From the NCBI RefSeq assembly GCF_004010195.1, contig NC_057749.1, positions 22,949,886 to 23,013,885 on the forward strand: a stretch of DNA of 64,000 nucleotides, written 5' to 3'. The position numbers were made by a program, and so were the translations under genes. Source of the stretch: Chiloscyllium plagiosum. Lineage: Eukaryota. Positions 37,612-50,899 of this stretch are shown one piece after another (the stretch's first letter is position 1; every line of letters begins with the position of its first letter). The notes below the pieces were generated by a model, which had not been told where the DNA came from, did not search any database, and saw only the letters and a list, made by a program, of their open reading frames with translations.

Positions 37612-37741
37612 GAGGAGAAAGTGAGGTCTGCAGATGCTGGAGATCAAAGTTGAAACTTTATTGCTGGAACAGCACAGCAGGTCAGGCAGCATCCAGGGAA
37701 CAGGAGATTCGACGTTTCGGGCACAGGCCCTTCTTCAGGAA
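37612..37741 (-). mobile_element. Neptune-type PLE tail with intact hammerhead, inside a family-B LINE end
   Basis: TSD GGAAATATATC; minus strand UUC-CUGAAGA-A-GGGC-CUGU-GCCC-GAAA-CG-UC-GAA. Confidence 0.82.
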
Positions 37742-39004
37742 ATATATCACCTTTCCTTCAATGTCATTGGGTTAAAATCCTGGAACTCCCTCCAAACAGC
37801 ACTGTGGATGTCCCCAAATATTCAAATAAATAATAAGCAGCATTTAATGAAAATCAGAACTAACTCACTCTAAATCACACCAAATCCAGCAACGCATACA
37901 TGCAAAGATTGGAAAATCGGACATAAATCGACATGGATGGGAAGTGTGAAGTCTGGGGGTGGTGTCGGTGGGGATGTACGCACTAAGAATGAGATGTTGA
38001 ACATCTACTCAGGAGTTCGACAAAGTGTTTAATATTTCAGCATTTTCTAAGCCACTATTTTTGTTATGTTCATCAGAATATATCCGTTTACAATAGAGAT
38101 GTTTGGAGGGTTCTAGACACAGGAAATTTCCCAGCAGAAAATTCAACTTCCTAGGCAATTCGTTTGGAGTCTGGGGTACTCTGAAAGGTCATGATGCTCT
38201 ACATTGGAATGATGACTGTCTCCCAAAAAGTCTAGTTTGTTAAATCTGGATGATAGGATTCCACTGTTCTCCTTTCTAGCACCTCAGCTCTCCCATCTGT
38301 GCTTCAAGAGTTTTTCCATACAGCATAGCAAATCCAGTAGCTGTCCTTCTGAGGGGGCACTCAGTACAACAGGGTTTAGCGCTGCCGATCATTTCCACTA
38401 TGCTTCTCTCTCGCCTCAGGGAATCATCAACCCCTGTTTATTTACAGTTATCGAAAATTCTAACAATTTAATCTGTTTATATACAGTTATCGAAGCTTCA
38501 AACAATTTAACAAAAGTGTTTTCCTTTACAGGCTGCACTGGGTAGACTGCAGTGCAGCTTACCTAGGCTTCACCGCTGCCTGCCTCTAGACCGCAGCCCC
38601 AATGGTTCTGAGGGAAGCAAGTGAGACAGTTCCAAAAGGGGTGTCTGTCTGTGTAGGAGCACATGCTGCCAGTCCCTAAGATGCTTGAGAAGAGAGTTTT
38701 ACTGCACAGGCTCCCATTGGTAAACTCACAGGAGACTTGCAAATACTTTTTTCTGACCTATTGTACTACCTGAGGTAATGACATTCAGCTGATAACAGCA
38801 GGAAACACTATTGCTTCATTCAAGACCTACTTTAGCATTAAATACCAGCAACTAATATAAATCAAAGTGCCAAGCCTTTTGGCAAGCATTGTTGAGCATG
38901 ATGTGTGAGCTAACGCTGAATCAAACCTATTAGCTATACTCCAAAGTTCACATCATCCCAATGAAGGATCTGAACAGGATTAAGATCAAGCCCAAAAGTT
39001 TTAT

Positions 39005-39520
39005 TTTATCTTGATTTGATTTATTATTGTCAAATGTAGCTAGGTACCGTGAAAAGTTTTGTTTTGCATGCGGTACAAGCAGATCATACCATACAAAGTG
39101 CATCAGGGTAATAGAACAGAGCGAGGAATTCAATGTTACAGCTCAGAGAAGGTGCAGAAAGGGCAAGATCAACGTTAGATTTAAAATGTGAGAGGTTCAG
39201 TCAGAAGAGTAATAATCGTGTGGAAGAAGCTGTTCTTGAATCTGTTGGTACATGTTTAGGCTTATGCATCTTCTGCCTGACAGAAGAAGTTGGAAGGGGT
39301 TATAACCAGGTTAGGAGGGATCTTTGATGATGTTGGCTGCCTTCCTGAGGCAGTGAAAGGTGTAGATAGAGTCAATGGATGGAAGGTTGGTTTGCGTGAT
39401 GGACTGGGCTGTGTTCACAACTCTCTATAGTTACGGTTCTGAGCAGAGCAGTTGCCATATCAAGCCATGATGCATCCCGATAGGATGCTTTGTATGATGC
39501 ATGTATACAATTTGCTAAGA
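39005..39520 (-). mobile_element. Rex1/Babar-like LINE 3' part
   Basis: Reverse complement similar to 2080-2515 and 16250-16748. Confidence 0.8.
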
Positions 39521-39659
39521 TTCTTTATGAGCATCCAAATTTCTTTGCTGAACATGCAATAAAGCTACGTATCAGATATTTTGCAAACGTATCCATTTTT
39601 AAGTCTACAAAGAAAATCACAGAAGAATGGAAATGTTGCAGTACAGAAAAAGATCGTTC

Positions 39660-41232
39660 ACTCCATCATGCCTGCACCAGATGGAAATCAGGAGGGCAAA
39701 AAGGGAGCTGAATGTTAGGGTGAATCCAAAGAGGATCTTTAAGTATATTAAAGGAAAAAGAATATTTAGAGAGAGAGTAGGACCCCTCAAGAATGTGCTG
39801 AAATGTAGGCGATGGGCAAGGCCCTCATTGAATATTTCTCCTCTGTGTTTACTATGAAGAAAGACATAAAGACTTGGGAAGTTAATGGTGATATCTTGGA
39901 GACAGTCCATATCACAGTAGAGGAGGAGTTGGATGTATTAGAATGCAGGAAGGTGGATAAATCCTGGTCCTGACCAGATATATCCAAGAACACTGCAAGT
40001 GGCTAGAGAAGGAATTTCAGGGACCCTGGCTGATATTTTTGCATCATCATTAGCCACAGGTGAGGTCTCAGAAGATTGGAGGGTAGGGAATGTTGTTCCA
40101 CATGGTAGGCTGCACCGGAAGGTTAGATCGCATGGAATCCGGTGGTGTGGGGGAGGGGTGGGGGCTGAGCAGTGGATACACAATTAGCCTGACGGTAGGA
40201 AGCAGTGGATAATAGTGGAAGGATGCTTGTTGGACTGGAGGCCTGTGACTAGTGGTATCACTCAGGGGTCAGTGCTGGGCCCATTGCTGTTCATTATCTA
40301 TATCAATGATTTGGATGAGAATGTATAAGGCATGATTAGTAAGTTTGCTGATGACACTAAAATAGGCGGCATCGTGGACAATGAGGAAGGTTATCAGAAA
40401 CTGTAGCAGCACCTTGAGCAGCTGGGGGAGTGAGCTGAGAAATGGCAAATGGAGTTTGATAGATAAGTATGAGGTCTTGCATTTTGAAAAGTCAAATCAA
40501 AGTCAGAGTTTCATGGTAAATGGTAGGGCCTCAAGGAGTGTAGTGGAACAGAGGGATCTTGGAGTTCAGATGCACTGTTCTCTGAAAGTGGAGTCCCAGG
40601 TAGACAGGGCAGTGAAGAAGGCTTTTGGCACACTGGCCTTCAGTCAGGGCATTGAGTATAGAAGTTGGGAAGTTATGTTGGATTTGTACAGGATATTGGT
40701 GAGGCCGCAGTTGGAGTATTCTGTTCAGGTTTGGACACTTTGATATAGGAAGGATGTTATTAAACTGGAAAGAGTGCAGAGGAAATTTACAAGAATGTTG
40801 CCAAGACTCATGGGTCTGAGTTATTGGGAAAAGTCAGACTTTTTCTTTAGAGTGTAGGAGACTGAGGGGTTATCTTATAGAAGTGTGTAAGATCATGAGA
40901 GGCAATGGGTAGGGTGAATGCACTCAGTCTTTTTCCTAGGGTTGGGAAATTGAGGACTAGAGGGCATCAGCTTAAGGTTAGAGGGGAAAGAAGAAAAGGG
41001 AACTTGAGGAGCAACTTTTTTACCCAGAGGGTGGTATGCATATGGGATGAGCTGCCAGTGGTTGAGGCAGGTACATTAACAACATTTAAAGGGCATTTGG
41101 ATAAATAAATGGATAGGAAATGATTAGAAGGGTATGGACTAAGTGCAGGGAAATGGATGGACATTTTGGTCAGCATGGACCAGTTTGGGCCAAAGGGCCT
41201 GTCTCTGTGCTGTCAGACTCTATAACTCTATA
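39660..41232 (+). mobile_element. CR1 LINE ORF2, deleted and frameshifted
   Basis: [58 protein letters not shown]. Confidence 0.92.
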
Positions 41233-41259
41233 ACCAGCATCATTAAATGAGCATCATTA

Positions 41260-41850
41260 CCAATCTCCCATGTTTCCCCCATACCTTCATGTATCATTTT
41301 TATCCAAGATTATTTGATGCCTCGACTGTACCTGCACCCTCCTCATTTCCAGACACGATATTCCATAGTCTAACTACTCACTGAGTGAAAATGTTTTTCC
41401 TTACTTCACCTTGCTCCTTTTTCCCATCACTCTAAATCTATGCTCCTCGCATTTTAGTTCCTTTTCCGAGTGGGAACAGTTTCTCCCTGTCTGCTCTATC
41501 CAGCCTGCTTATGATTTTGAAAACATCTGTCAGATCTCCTCTCAGCCTTCTTTTCTCCAAGTTGAACAGTCCTAACTTCTTCAACCTATCAACATCGCTG
41601 AAGTTCATCACTTCTGGAATCATTCTTGTAAACCGCTTCTGCTCTCTCTCCAACGTGTTCCCATCTTTCCTACAATATGGAGTCCAGAACTGTATACAAT
41701 ACTCCAACTGAAGTTTAACAAGTGTCTAGTACAAGTTCAAGATAACCTCCTTGCTCTTGTACTCTATGCCCTACAAATAAAGTCAAGGGCACTGTATGCT
41801 TTGCTTACTGCTCTCTCTACCCATCCTGTCTCTTACCATGATCTGCACAC
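41260..41850 (-). mobile_element. older CR1 subfamily 3' fragment
   Basis: EYCIQFWTPY..LEKRRLRGDL. Confidence 0.87.
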
Positions 41851-42644
41851 ATATACATTGCTCTAGAACATTGTCTTTCAACGTTCTTCTCCCGAAATGC
41901 ACCGCCACTCACCTTTTGTTGGGTGTTCAGCATTCCTTTACTTTTTAGTGTCTGAAATGCACCAAGCCTAAATTCCTCAGCTGTTGAGGGTAAAGAAAGG
42001 ATGAAATGTCTGGTAGCGTGCCACCATCTTATTTCGTTCAAGAGATTGTAAACGTCCCTGAATACCATAACTGAGACCTAACAGTCTCTCAGCATAGTCA
42101 AAGCAAATTAATTCCCTAATGAAATTGTCTTTGCTGTTTCTATGACACAAATATCATATCACAGAGTGAGATGTTGTTCCTTCTGAGATGTGAAAGGCCA
42201 CTAAAGGTTACTTATGGTTTCATTTCACCTTCAGACATAGATCCTGCATTGCTCAGTGACATCGTCATTGTTACCTTAAACCAGTGATGCTTGCTATTGG
42301 AAGAAATTTCTAGAATCTTCTCTAGATCTTTTCTTCTCACTTGGAAGTTCCCACAGAATAGTTTCAGATCAACATTCTTTTTCAAGATGGCGGAGAAGAC
42401 AGGTTAAGTAATATTCAAGCCCTTGGCCTGTCAACTTTCTTTCCACTAACTAGCCACATCCTTTTTTATTATTATTATTTCTTAATTTCACTTTTTATAT
42501 CAAATTCATCATTTCTTTTTTCTATGGCTGAAGCGTGGCAGTTGCAGTTGGACAGGCCCCAGTCCTCAGCGGTTTCAACAGACTCCCCCCTGTCCTCAGC
42601 AGTTTTAACAGCCCCTGGTCCTCAGCAGTTTCGACAGTCACCCA

Positions 42645-43934
42645 GTCATAGAGTCATAGAGATGTACTGCACGGAAACAGACCCTTCGGTCCAACTTGCC
42701 CATGCCGACCATATATCCTAACTCAATCTAGTCCCACCTGCCAGCATCCGGCCCATATCCCTCCAAACCCTTCCTATTCATATACCCATCCAGACGCTTT
42801 TAAAATGTTGAAATTGTACTAGCCTCCACCACTTCCTCTGGCAGCTCATTCCATACACGCACCAGCAGCTGCATGAATAAGTTGCCCCTTAGGTCTCTTT
42901 TATATCTTTCCCCTCTCACCCTAAACCTTTCCCCTCTAGTTCTGGACTCCCCCACCCCAGGGAAAAGACTTTGTCTATTTATCCTATCCATGCCCTTCAT
43001 GATTTTGTAAACCTCTATAAGATCACCCTCAGCCTCTGACACTCCAGAGAAAACAGCCTCACCCTGTTCAGCCTCTCCCTATAGCTCAAATCCTCCAACC
43101 TTGGCAACATCCTTGTAGATCTTTTCTGAACCCTTTTAAGTTTCACAACATACTTCTGATAGGAAGGACATCAGAATTGTACACAATATTCCAAAAGTAG
43201 CCTAACCAATGTCCTGTACAGCCGCAACATTACCTCCCAACTCCTGTAGTCAATACTCTGACTAATAAAGGAAAGTATACCAAATGTCTTCTTCACTATC
43301 CTATCTACCTGCGACTTTCAAGGAGCTATGAAATTGTACTCCAATGTCTCTTTGTTCAGCAACACTCCCTAAGACCTTACCATTAAGTGTATAAGTCCTG
43401 CTAAGGTTTGCTTTCCCAAAATGCAGCACTTCACATTTATCTAAATTAAACTCCATCTGCCACTCCTCAGCCCATTCGACCAGCTGATCAAGATCCTATT
43501 GTAATTTGAGGTAACCTTCTTCGCTGTCCACTACACCTCCAATTTTGGTGTCATCTGCAAACGTACTAACTATATCTCTTATGCTCACACCCAAATCATT
43601 TATATTAATGACGAAAAGCAATGGACCCAGCACTGATCCTTGTGGCACTCCACTGGTCACAGGCCTCCAGTCTGAAAAGCAACCCTCCACCACCACACTC
43701 TGCCTTCTATCTTTGAGCCACTTCTGTATCCAAATGGCTAGTTTTCCCTGTATTCCACGAGGTCTAACTTTGCTAACTAGTCTCCCATGGGGAACCTTGT
43801 CGAAAGCCTTGCTGAAGTCCATATAGATCACGTCTACCGCTCTGCCCTCATCAATCGTCTTTGTTACTTCTTCAAATAACTCAATCAAGTTTGTGAGACA
43901 TGATTTCCCATGCACAGAGAAATTTGACTATCCA
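42645..43934 (-). mobile_element. CR1 (HER1-like) LINE RT to 3' end
   Basis: [44 protein letters not shown]. Confidence 0.95.
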
Positions 43935-43935
43935 A

Positions 43936-44265
43936 TGGCAGTTTTGATGGCCCCTGGTCCTCTGCAGCTTCGAAGGCCGCCCCCGCCCCCCATCCTCAGT
44001 AGTTTCGGCGACCCCAGTTCTCCGCAGCTTCGAAGGCCCCCCCAGTCCTCCGCAGCTTCGAAGGCCCCCCCAGTCCTCAGCAGTTTCGGCGATCCCAGTC
44101 CTCAGCCATTTCGATGGCCCCAGTCCTCTGCAGTTTCGAAGGCCCCAAGTCCTCAGCGGTTTCGACTGGCCCCGGTTCTCGGCAGTTTCAATTACCTCAG
44201 TCCTCGGCAGTTTCGATTGACCCCCGGTCCTCAGCAGTTTCGACAGGCCCCTGTCCTCAGCAGCG
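43936..44265 (+). repeat. GC-rich minisatellite, ~22-25 bp unit GGCCCCAGTCCTCAGCAGTTTCGA
   Basis: About 14 units here and about 4 more at 42550-42645. Confidence 0.92.
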
Positions 44266-44619
44266 GGGTCAAGAGGCCATGGAATGAACAAAAAAATAAC
44301 ATTTGCCTTAACTTTGCTCATTCTTCTTTACGTACAAATTATGCAATTAAATGGCGCTGTTTTTGTGGTGACTTGTGCACATTTTACTGTATTTTCACAA
44401 ATACAAGCAACAAAACATTTGTATCTATCCATCTAATGATCATTGTAAATGGTGTCTCCCGAATTATGTGAGTCATTTGGAGCCCTTAAACCCCCTTCCC
44501 AGGAATTATCATAAAAAGGAAACAGATAGAAAACACTATAAACCTTTCTTGCTGAATCCTTGAGGCAGAGCTTAACCAAGTCCTGACATTAATAACTCTT
44601 TTTTAAAAATGTATTCTGT

Positions 44620-44905
44620 CATGGGACGTAGGTGGCACTGGTAAGTACAGCTTGTGTTGCCCATCCCCAATTGTCCTAGGGGCATTGAAACACCATTTCG
44701 GAGGGCAGTTTATAGTCAACCTGACTGTCGTGGGTCTACAGTCACACGTAGGCCGGTCTGAGTAAGGATAGCAGATTCCTTCCCCTCTGCAACATTATGG
44801 AACCAGATGGGTTTTTATAATTTTCAGTAGTTGTCACGGGAACGATCACTGGAACTAGTGCTTCGTATTCCAGGTTTATTCAATGAACTTAAATTCTACC
44901 CGCCA
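44620..44905 (-). mobile_element. SINE sharing its 3' tail with the family-B LINE
   Basis: ttgcccatccc.aattg..c.agagggcagtt.agagtcaacc; related copies at 23150, 33130 and 52195. Confidence 0.6.
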
Positions 44906-44924
44906 CTATGGTGGGATGAGACCA

Positions 44925-45895
44925 TAACATGTAGCAGAAATAGGCCATTCAGCCCATTGAATCTGCTATGCCATTCACTGAGATCATCGCTGATCTCAAC
45001 CCTCAGTTCAACGTTCCCTGCCTTTTCTCCATAACCCTTGATTCCTTTACTGCTTGAAAATCTGTCTATCCCAGCCTTCAACAGCCTTAATAACGCAGCC
45101 TTGACAGCTCTCGGTGGTAAGATTCATCACCCTCTGTCAGAGGAAATTCTCCCTCATCCCTATCCCAACTGGGCAATCGCTTGCTCTGAGATTATGCCTT
45201 CAGGTCCTAGACTCTCCCACAGGAGGAGACATCCTTTCAGAATCTACTCTATCAAATCCCTAGGAATCCTGGATGTTTTAATAAGGTTGCCTCTCATTCT
45301 TCGAAACTCCAATGCGTACAGGCCTAACTTACTCTACCTCTCCTCAGAAGACAATTACTCCAGAACCTGGAATCAGCCAAGTGAACCTTCTCTGAACCTT
45401 GCCTTCAATGAAATAATATTTTTCCTTCGATTAGGGGCTCAAAACTGCTCACGGTACTCCAGATGTGGTCTTACCAGCACCTTGTACAGTTGCAGTCAGA
45501 CTTCCCTACACTTCGACTCCAAGCCCCTTGAAATAAGGACCAATATTTCATTAGCCTTCCTGATTATCTGCTGCATGCGTGCGATCTTTGTGTTTCGTGC
45601 ATGAGTTCCCCCAAGTCCCTTTGTAATGTGACATGCTGCAGGTTTTTTTTCCCATTTAAGTTCTTTTGTTCTCCTTTCCAAAATAAACAACTTCACATTT
45701 TCCCACATTATACTCCATTTGCCAACTCCTTGCCCACGTACTTAACCTAGGCAAAAGGATTTTGCCTGAAACATCGATTTTCCTGATCCTTGGATGCTGC
45801 CTGATCTGCTGTGCTTTTCCAACGCCACTCTAATCTACACTTACTTAACCTACCAATCAGTGTACACTGTTTGTATGCCTCTTGCAACTTGCCCA
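44925..45895 (-). mobile_element. CR1 fragment with nested PLE tail (45750-45841)
   Basis: QQIIRKANEIL..ISRGLE; nested insert with TSD TACTTAACCTA. Confidence 0.85.
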
Positions 45896-45906
45896 GATGA
45901 ACAAGG

Positions 45907-46076
45907 ATTAGATTAGATTCCCTACACTGTGGAAACAGGCCCTTCGGCCCAATCAGTCCAAACCGATCCTCCGAAGACTAACCTACACAGGCTCACTTCC
46001 CCTCTGACTAATGCACCTAACACTATGGGCAATTTAGCATGGCCAATTCACCTAACCTGCACATCTTTGGACTGTA
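45907..46076 (-). mobile_element. HE1-like SINE, 5'-truncated
   Basis: Tail plus V-domain end only. Confidence 0.85.
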
Positions 46077-46885
46077 AAAATTGTCAACAAACTAATAAGG
46101 TATGTTGACTGCCTGAGCGATGATGGATATAAATAGATGTAGTCAGGGTTATCAGGCAGTTTCTATAACAATTAATGGACAGAATTACTTAACAAACTAA
46201 GTAACAAAGATTAAATTACACCATGGTAATTCAACTTTTAAGAGGTCTCTGATTATCAGATTATTATTAACATTGATGACGTTACTTTCTGGCAATAATC
46301 CATTGTGAAAGATGCTGGTATAAGTACAAAAGTACTTAGAGTTTGTCACACTGTAACACGGCCAGTATCTCAAGAGTAGTCCTCACCACACGTCATGCAG
46401 CTCAAAAACAACAGTCACTTTGATTGACAACCACTTGCACCAAAGTGTGCTCTGTTGGACTATATTTTTATTTCTGTAAAGCTAGATATGTTACTTCTCT
46501 ATTGCCTAAGATCTTGAAACTAAAGAAGCTGTGTCTAAGTACTTCTGTATCTACGTCAGCGTTAGAATTGGTGACTTATAAACTTTTCATTATACTCATT
46601 GAGTACATGTGACAATAAAGGCTATTCCATTCTACTCTGTTCCTTTCAATATATTAATGCCAGTTTGTGGTGTTTACACAATATCATGTCCTCAAGAACA
46701 ACAGGGGTGAATTAACATTCCTTTTCTAATTGATATTGTTGGTACGTTTGAGATTATTAAGATTATTGAACCTTTCAATAGCGTAACCAATTTTTCTTGG
46801 ATCGTTTATCCTGCTAAAGCCCATCTTGACTGGAACAGTATCTGTACTGGCTGACCTTTCTCAATTTTACTTTGACAACCGAATA

Positions 46886-47195
46886 AGATTAGATTAGATT
46901 CTCTACAGTGTGGAAACAGGCCCTTCAGCCGAACAAGTCCACACTGACCCTCCGAAGAGTCACCCACCCAGACCCATTTCCCTCTCACTAGTGCACCTAA
47001 CACTATGGGCAATTTAGCGTGGTCAATTCACCTGACATGCACATTTTTGGACTGTGGGAGGAAACCGGAGCACCCCCACACAGACACAGGGAGAATGTGC
47101 AAACTCCACACAGACAGTCGCCCGAGGGTAGGATCGAACCTGGGACCTTGGTGCCGTGAGGCAGCAGTGCTAACCACTGAGCCACCATGCTGCCT
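46886..47195 (-). mobile_element. HE1-like SINE
   Basis: Full body. Confidence 0.9.
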
Positions 47196-47451
47196 CTTTA
47201 AATAAATGAATTTGTTAGACCTTCCTGCATCCGTATGATACATTTATTCAGTTTGGCCTTGCACTCTGTCCTGAAAATTGTGGAAGTACCAGAAAGAAAT
47301 TTGGATTTTCATCTTTTGCAGGTACCTACAATGGTACAAAGAGAAACTAAGGACAGTGAAGAGAATCTCTGCTACCTCTTTTCCTACTGACAACAGATAC
47401 CTTCTGGATTTCAAAGAGAATCTTCATATCTTCAATTGAGCAATTCAATTA

Positions 47452-48140
47452 CAAAGACAGAAATTGCTGGAAAAGCTCAGCGGGTCTAGGGAGAGAAATC
47501 AGAGTTAACGTTTCAGGTCTACTGACTCTTGCTCAAACTGATGGGAGCTGGGAAAACATTGTTTTTTAAGCAGAAGATAGGGTGGGAGGGAAGGGGTAGG
47601 AGTAAATGATAGGTGGAGACAGACCCCAAAGAGAGAGATGAACAGTTGGACAGACAAAGCAATCAATAACAATCAGCCTGGGAGAATGAGTGGGGACAAT
47701 TAGCGGCTAACAATGGGTTGTGTGTAATTGCAGACCATGTGATGATAAGGCCTGGTGTGTGGGGTTGGGGTAAGGAAATTGGAGAAGGGGGATTAAGCCC
47801 TAACATTATTGAACGTGATATTGAGTCCAAACGGCTGCAGGGTCCCCAAGTGGAAAATGAGGTACTGTTCTTCCAACTTGTGCTGAGCTTCGCTGGAGCA
47901 CTGCAGCAAGCCTGAGACACAGGCATTGGTCAGGGGGACAGGGCGGGGTCTTAAAGTGGCAGGCAACTGGAAGTTCAGGGTCTTTCTTCTGTGGACAGAA
48001 TGTAGGTGTCCTGTGAGGCGGTCACCCAGTCTACACTTTGTCTTCCCAATGTAGAGGAGGCCACATGGTGGGCAGCGAATGCAGTAGACGAGATTGAGTG
48101 AAGTGCAGATAAAGTGCGGCTTAACCTGGAAAGTGTGCTT
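47452..48140 (-). mobile_element. Neptune-type PLE 3' part (GIY-YIG) with GGGTC-family tail
   Basis: Minus strand LVYCIRCPPCGLLYIGKTKCRLGDR, LEEQYLIFHLGTLQP. Confidence 0.82.
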
Positions 48141-48859
48141 GGGTCATTCATATCATTGTTTTGAATGAAATGGATGCACCTGGGGCTGTCTTTGAGTGAA
48201 CTGAACATGGTCTTTCAGATTGCGTTCCTGACTCATCAATGTTCCATCCAACAAGATATTGAATAGAATTCGAAATATCATTAAATGACACTTGCTGTCA
48301 TCTGTAGCCTTGTTCCTCTCACACAGGATGTCGTCACATCATCCTCGAAATAAAGCACGGTACGTTTACTGCCCCCTTGAACAGCAAGGGCTCTTCAAAT
48401 GTCTTTCTAACATTGGTAAGGAATGTGTTGCTTATCGAAGCTGTACTGTGTAATTAGCCTGGAAGACATCATCATTTGGTTTGTTATAAACAGAATGAAA
48501 TCAGGTACCCTTCAATCCTTTGATCCAACCCCCTCCCCTTCAATGCCACCAGTTCCTCAGGTTATGTGCAGCCTGTGATTGAAAACTGGAAGTTGACTAA
48601 CCGCGCACAGGCCTGCGGCAATACCTCTCAGAAAGAGCCACAGGATGGTCTGTCCATCCAGTCTTCTCCTCAGCCTTTGCTCAACATGGAGACTGAAGCT
48701 CAACAACCATTTGTACGTATGCAACACTTGTAACCAATACAAAGTCCCAAAGCACTCCACTGAAACATAAATCAAAATATGGCAACGAGCCAATAAGGAG
48801 CTATTATGGCAGGTGACCTAAAGCTTGATTAAAGAAGTAGGTTTTAAGAAGTTTATTTT

Positions 48860-49445
48860 TATTTGTGGGACATGGGTATCACTGGCTAGACCAGTAGTTA
48901 TTGTCTGTTCCGAGTTACTGTTGAGAAGGTGGTAGTGAGCTGCCTTCTTGAAGCGCTGCAGTGCATTTGGTGCAGAGACACCCACAGTGCTGTTAGGGAG
49001 GGAGCTCCCGGAGTTTAAGCCAGTGACAGTGAAGGAATGACAATATATTGCAATGATGATATATTTCCGAGTTAGGATTGAGTGTGGTTTGGAGGAGAAC
49101 TCTCAGGTGGTGGTGTTCCCATGCATCTGCTGGATGGAAGTGGTCATGTGTTTGGAAGGTGCTATCTCATGAGATTGTGTAAATTTCAACAGTGTGTATT
49201 GTAGATGGTGCACACTGCTGCTGATTAGCGTGGGTGATAGATGGATGAATGTTTGAGGTTGTGGTACCAATCAGGCAGGTTGCTTTGCCCTGGATGATGC
49301 CTTGTTTCTTGAGTGTTGATGGAGCTGCACCCTTCCAGGGAGTATTCCATCACACTCCTGACTTGTGCCTTGGAGATGGTAGACAGGCTTTGGGGAATCA
49401 GAGGTGTGTTACCAGCTGCAGGATTCCTCACCTCTGACCTGCTTT
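48860..49445 (-). mobile_element. family-B LINE 3' part
   Basis: PQSLSTISKAQVRSVMEYSL. Confidence 0.8.
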
Positions 49446-49446
49446 T

Positions 49447-49765
49447 AGATTAGATTAGATTACTTACAGTGTGAAAATAGGCCCTTTGGCCCAACAAGTC
49501 CACACCGACCCTCCGAAGCGCAACCCACCCAGACCCATTCCCCTACATTTACCCCTTCACCTAACACTACGGACAATTTAGCATGGCCAATTCACCTAAC
49601 CTGCACATTTTTGGACTGTGGGAGGAAACCGGAGCACCCGGAGGAAATCCACGCAGACACGGGGAGAATGTGCAAACTCCATGCGGACAGTCACCCGTGG
49701 CAGGAATTGAACCCAGGTCCTTGGTACTATGAGGTAACAGTGCTAACCACTGAGCCACCATGCCA
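49447..49765 (-). mobile_element. HE1-like SINE
   Basis: Full body. Confidence 0.92.
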
Positions 49766-49789
49766 AGTGAAAGAGCAATTTACAGCTTG

Positions 49790-50120
49790 AAGGTGAATAA
49801 TCACATTGGACTCAAACCATTAACTCTGTTTCTCTCTCCACAAACAATGCCAGATCTTCTGAGTGTCTCCTGCATTATTTGTTTCAGATTGCCAGCATCC
49901 ACAAAATTTTGCATTTAAGCTATTTACTAATACTTGTTTCAATTTAGTGTACCATACCCGCTGTTCACATTATGGCCCCTTCCACAGTGGGGAGACCAAA
50001 TGTAGACCCTGTGATCACTTTGCAGAACACCACCTTTCCTGCCATTAGTTTCATCCTGAGTTTCCTGTCACTTATCATTTCCATTTTCCACCTTGACCTG
50101 CTACATTGAAGCTCAAAACC
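49790..50120 (+). mobile_element. PLE tail and degenerate GIY-YIG fragment
   Basis: FNLVYHTRCSHYGPFHSGETKCR..DHFAEH. Confidence 0.65.
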
Positions 50121-50139
50121 TAGCTTTTTTCAACTTTAC

Positions 50140-50665
50140 CGTCACAGAGTCATCGAGCACAGAAACTGGCGCGTCGGTCCAACTCCTCCATGCCGACCAA
50201 GTTTCCCAAACTAAACTTGTCCCACTTGCTGCATTTGGCCTATATCTTTCTAAACCTTTCATATTCAGGTACTTGTCCAAATGACTTCGAAATGTTGTAA
50301 CTGTACCTGCACCTACCACTTCCCCTGGCAGCTCATTCCACATACAATCCACCCTCTGTATGAAAACATTGTCCCTCAGGTCCCTTTTTAACTCTTTTTC
50401 CTCTTACTTAAAAATATACCCCCTAGTTTTGAGATCCCCCACCATAGGAAAACGACCTTTGCTGTTCACCTTATCTATACCCGTCACGATTTTATAAACC
50501 TCTATAAGGTCACCCCTCAACCTCCTACGCGCCAATGAAAAGGGTCCCAACCTACCCAGCTTACCCTTACAACTCAAGCCCTCCCATTCATGGCAACATT
50601 CTGGTAAATCTTTTCTGAACCCTCTCCAATATAATAAAACCTTCCTATAACAGGGTGACCAGAGT
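50140..50665 (-). mobile_element. CR1 3' end
   Basis: WNELPGEVV..FRSHLDKY. Confidence 0.88.
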
Positions 50666-50899
50666 AGTACTTGTTAGCACCGTTGATGATGCCTCTATCA
50701 CCACACAGATGACTGAGAGTAGACTGAAGATAGAATCAGCAATTTCTGCTTCCATTTAGATTCACTCTTGTTCATTTTTGTTCTTGTTTTTGCTTGTTTC
50801 TTTCTTTGTTCAATTATTTTGAATTTGGATAGTCGCCAATGCAGGAATTCACATTTCCTCTGGACACATGTTTCATTTTCTTCACTTGCTCCTGCCAAT

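Larger units (their letters stand above)
42375..44435 (+). mobile_element. VNTR-containing non-autonomous retroelement (putative), split by CR1
   Basis: 5' CAAGATGGCGG, internal ~23-bp array, and a 3' tail similar to the Rex-like tails at 46560-46625 and 61575-61648. Confidence 0.5.

Noticed and set aside
43881..44471. Pro/Ser/Arg-rich ORFs (146 and 192 aa), or a CRISPR-like array
   Set aside because: The frames are open only because of a GC-rich minisatellite. Units are contiguous with no unique spacers, and the context is vertebrate with no cas genes.
47322..47440. Possible coding exon after ttttcatcttttgcag
   Set aside because: The two frames translated end in stops with no recognisable peptide, and no clear donor site was found.
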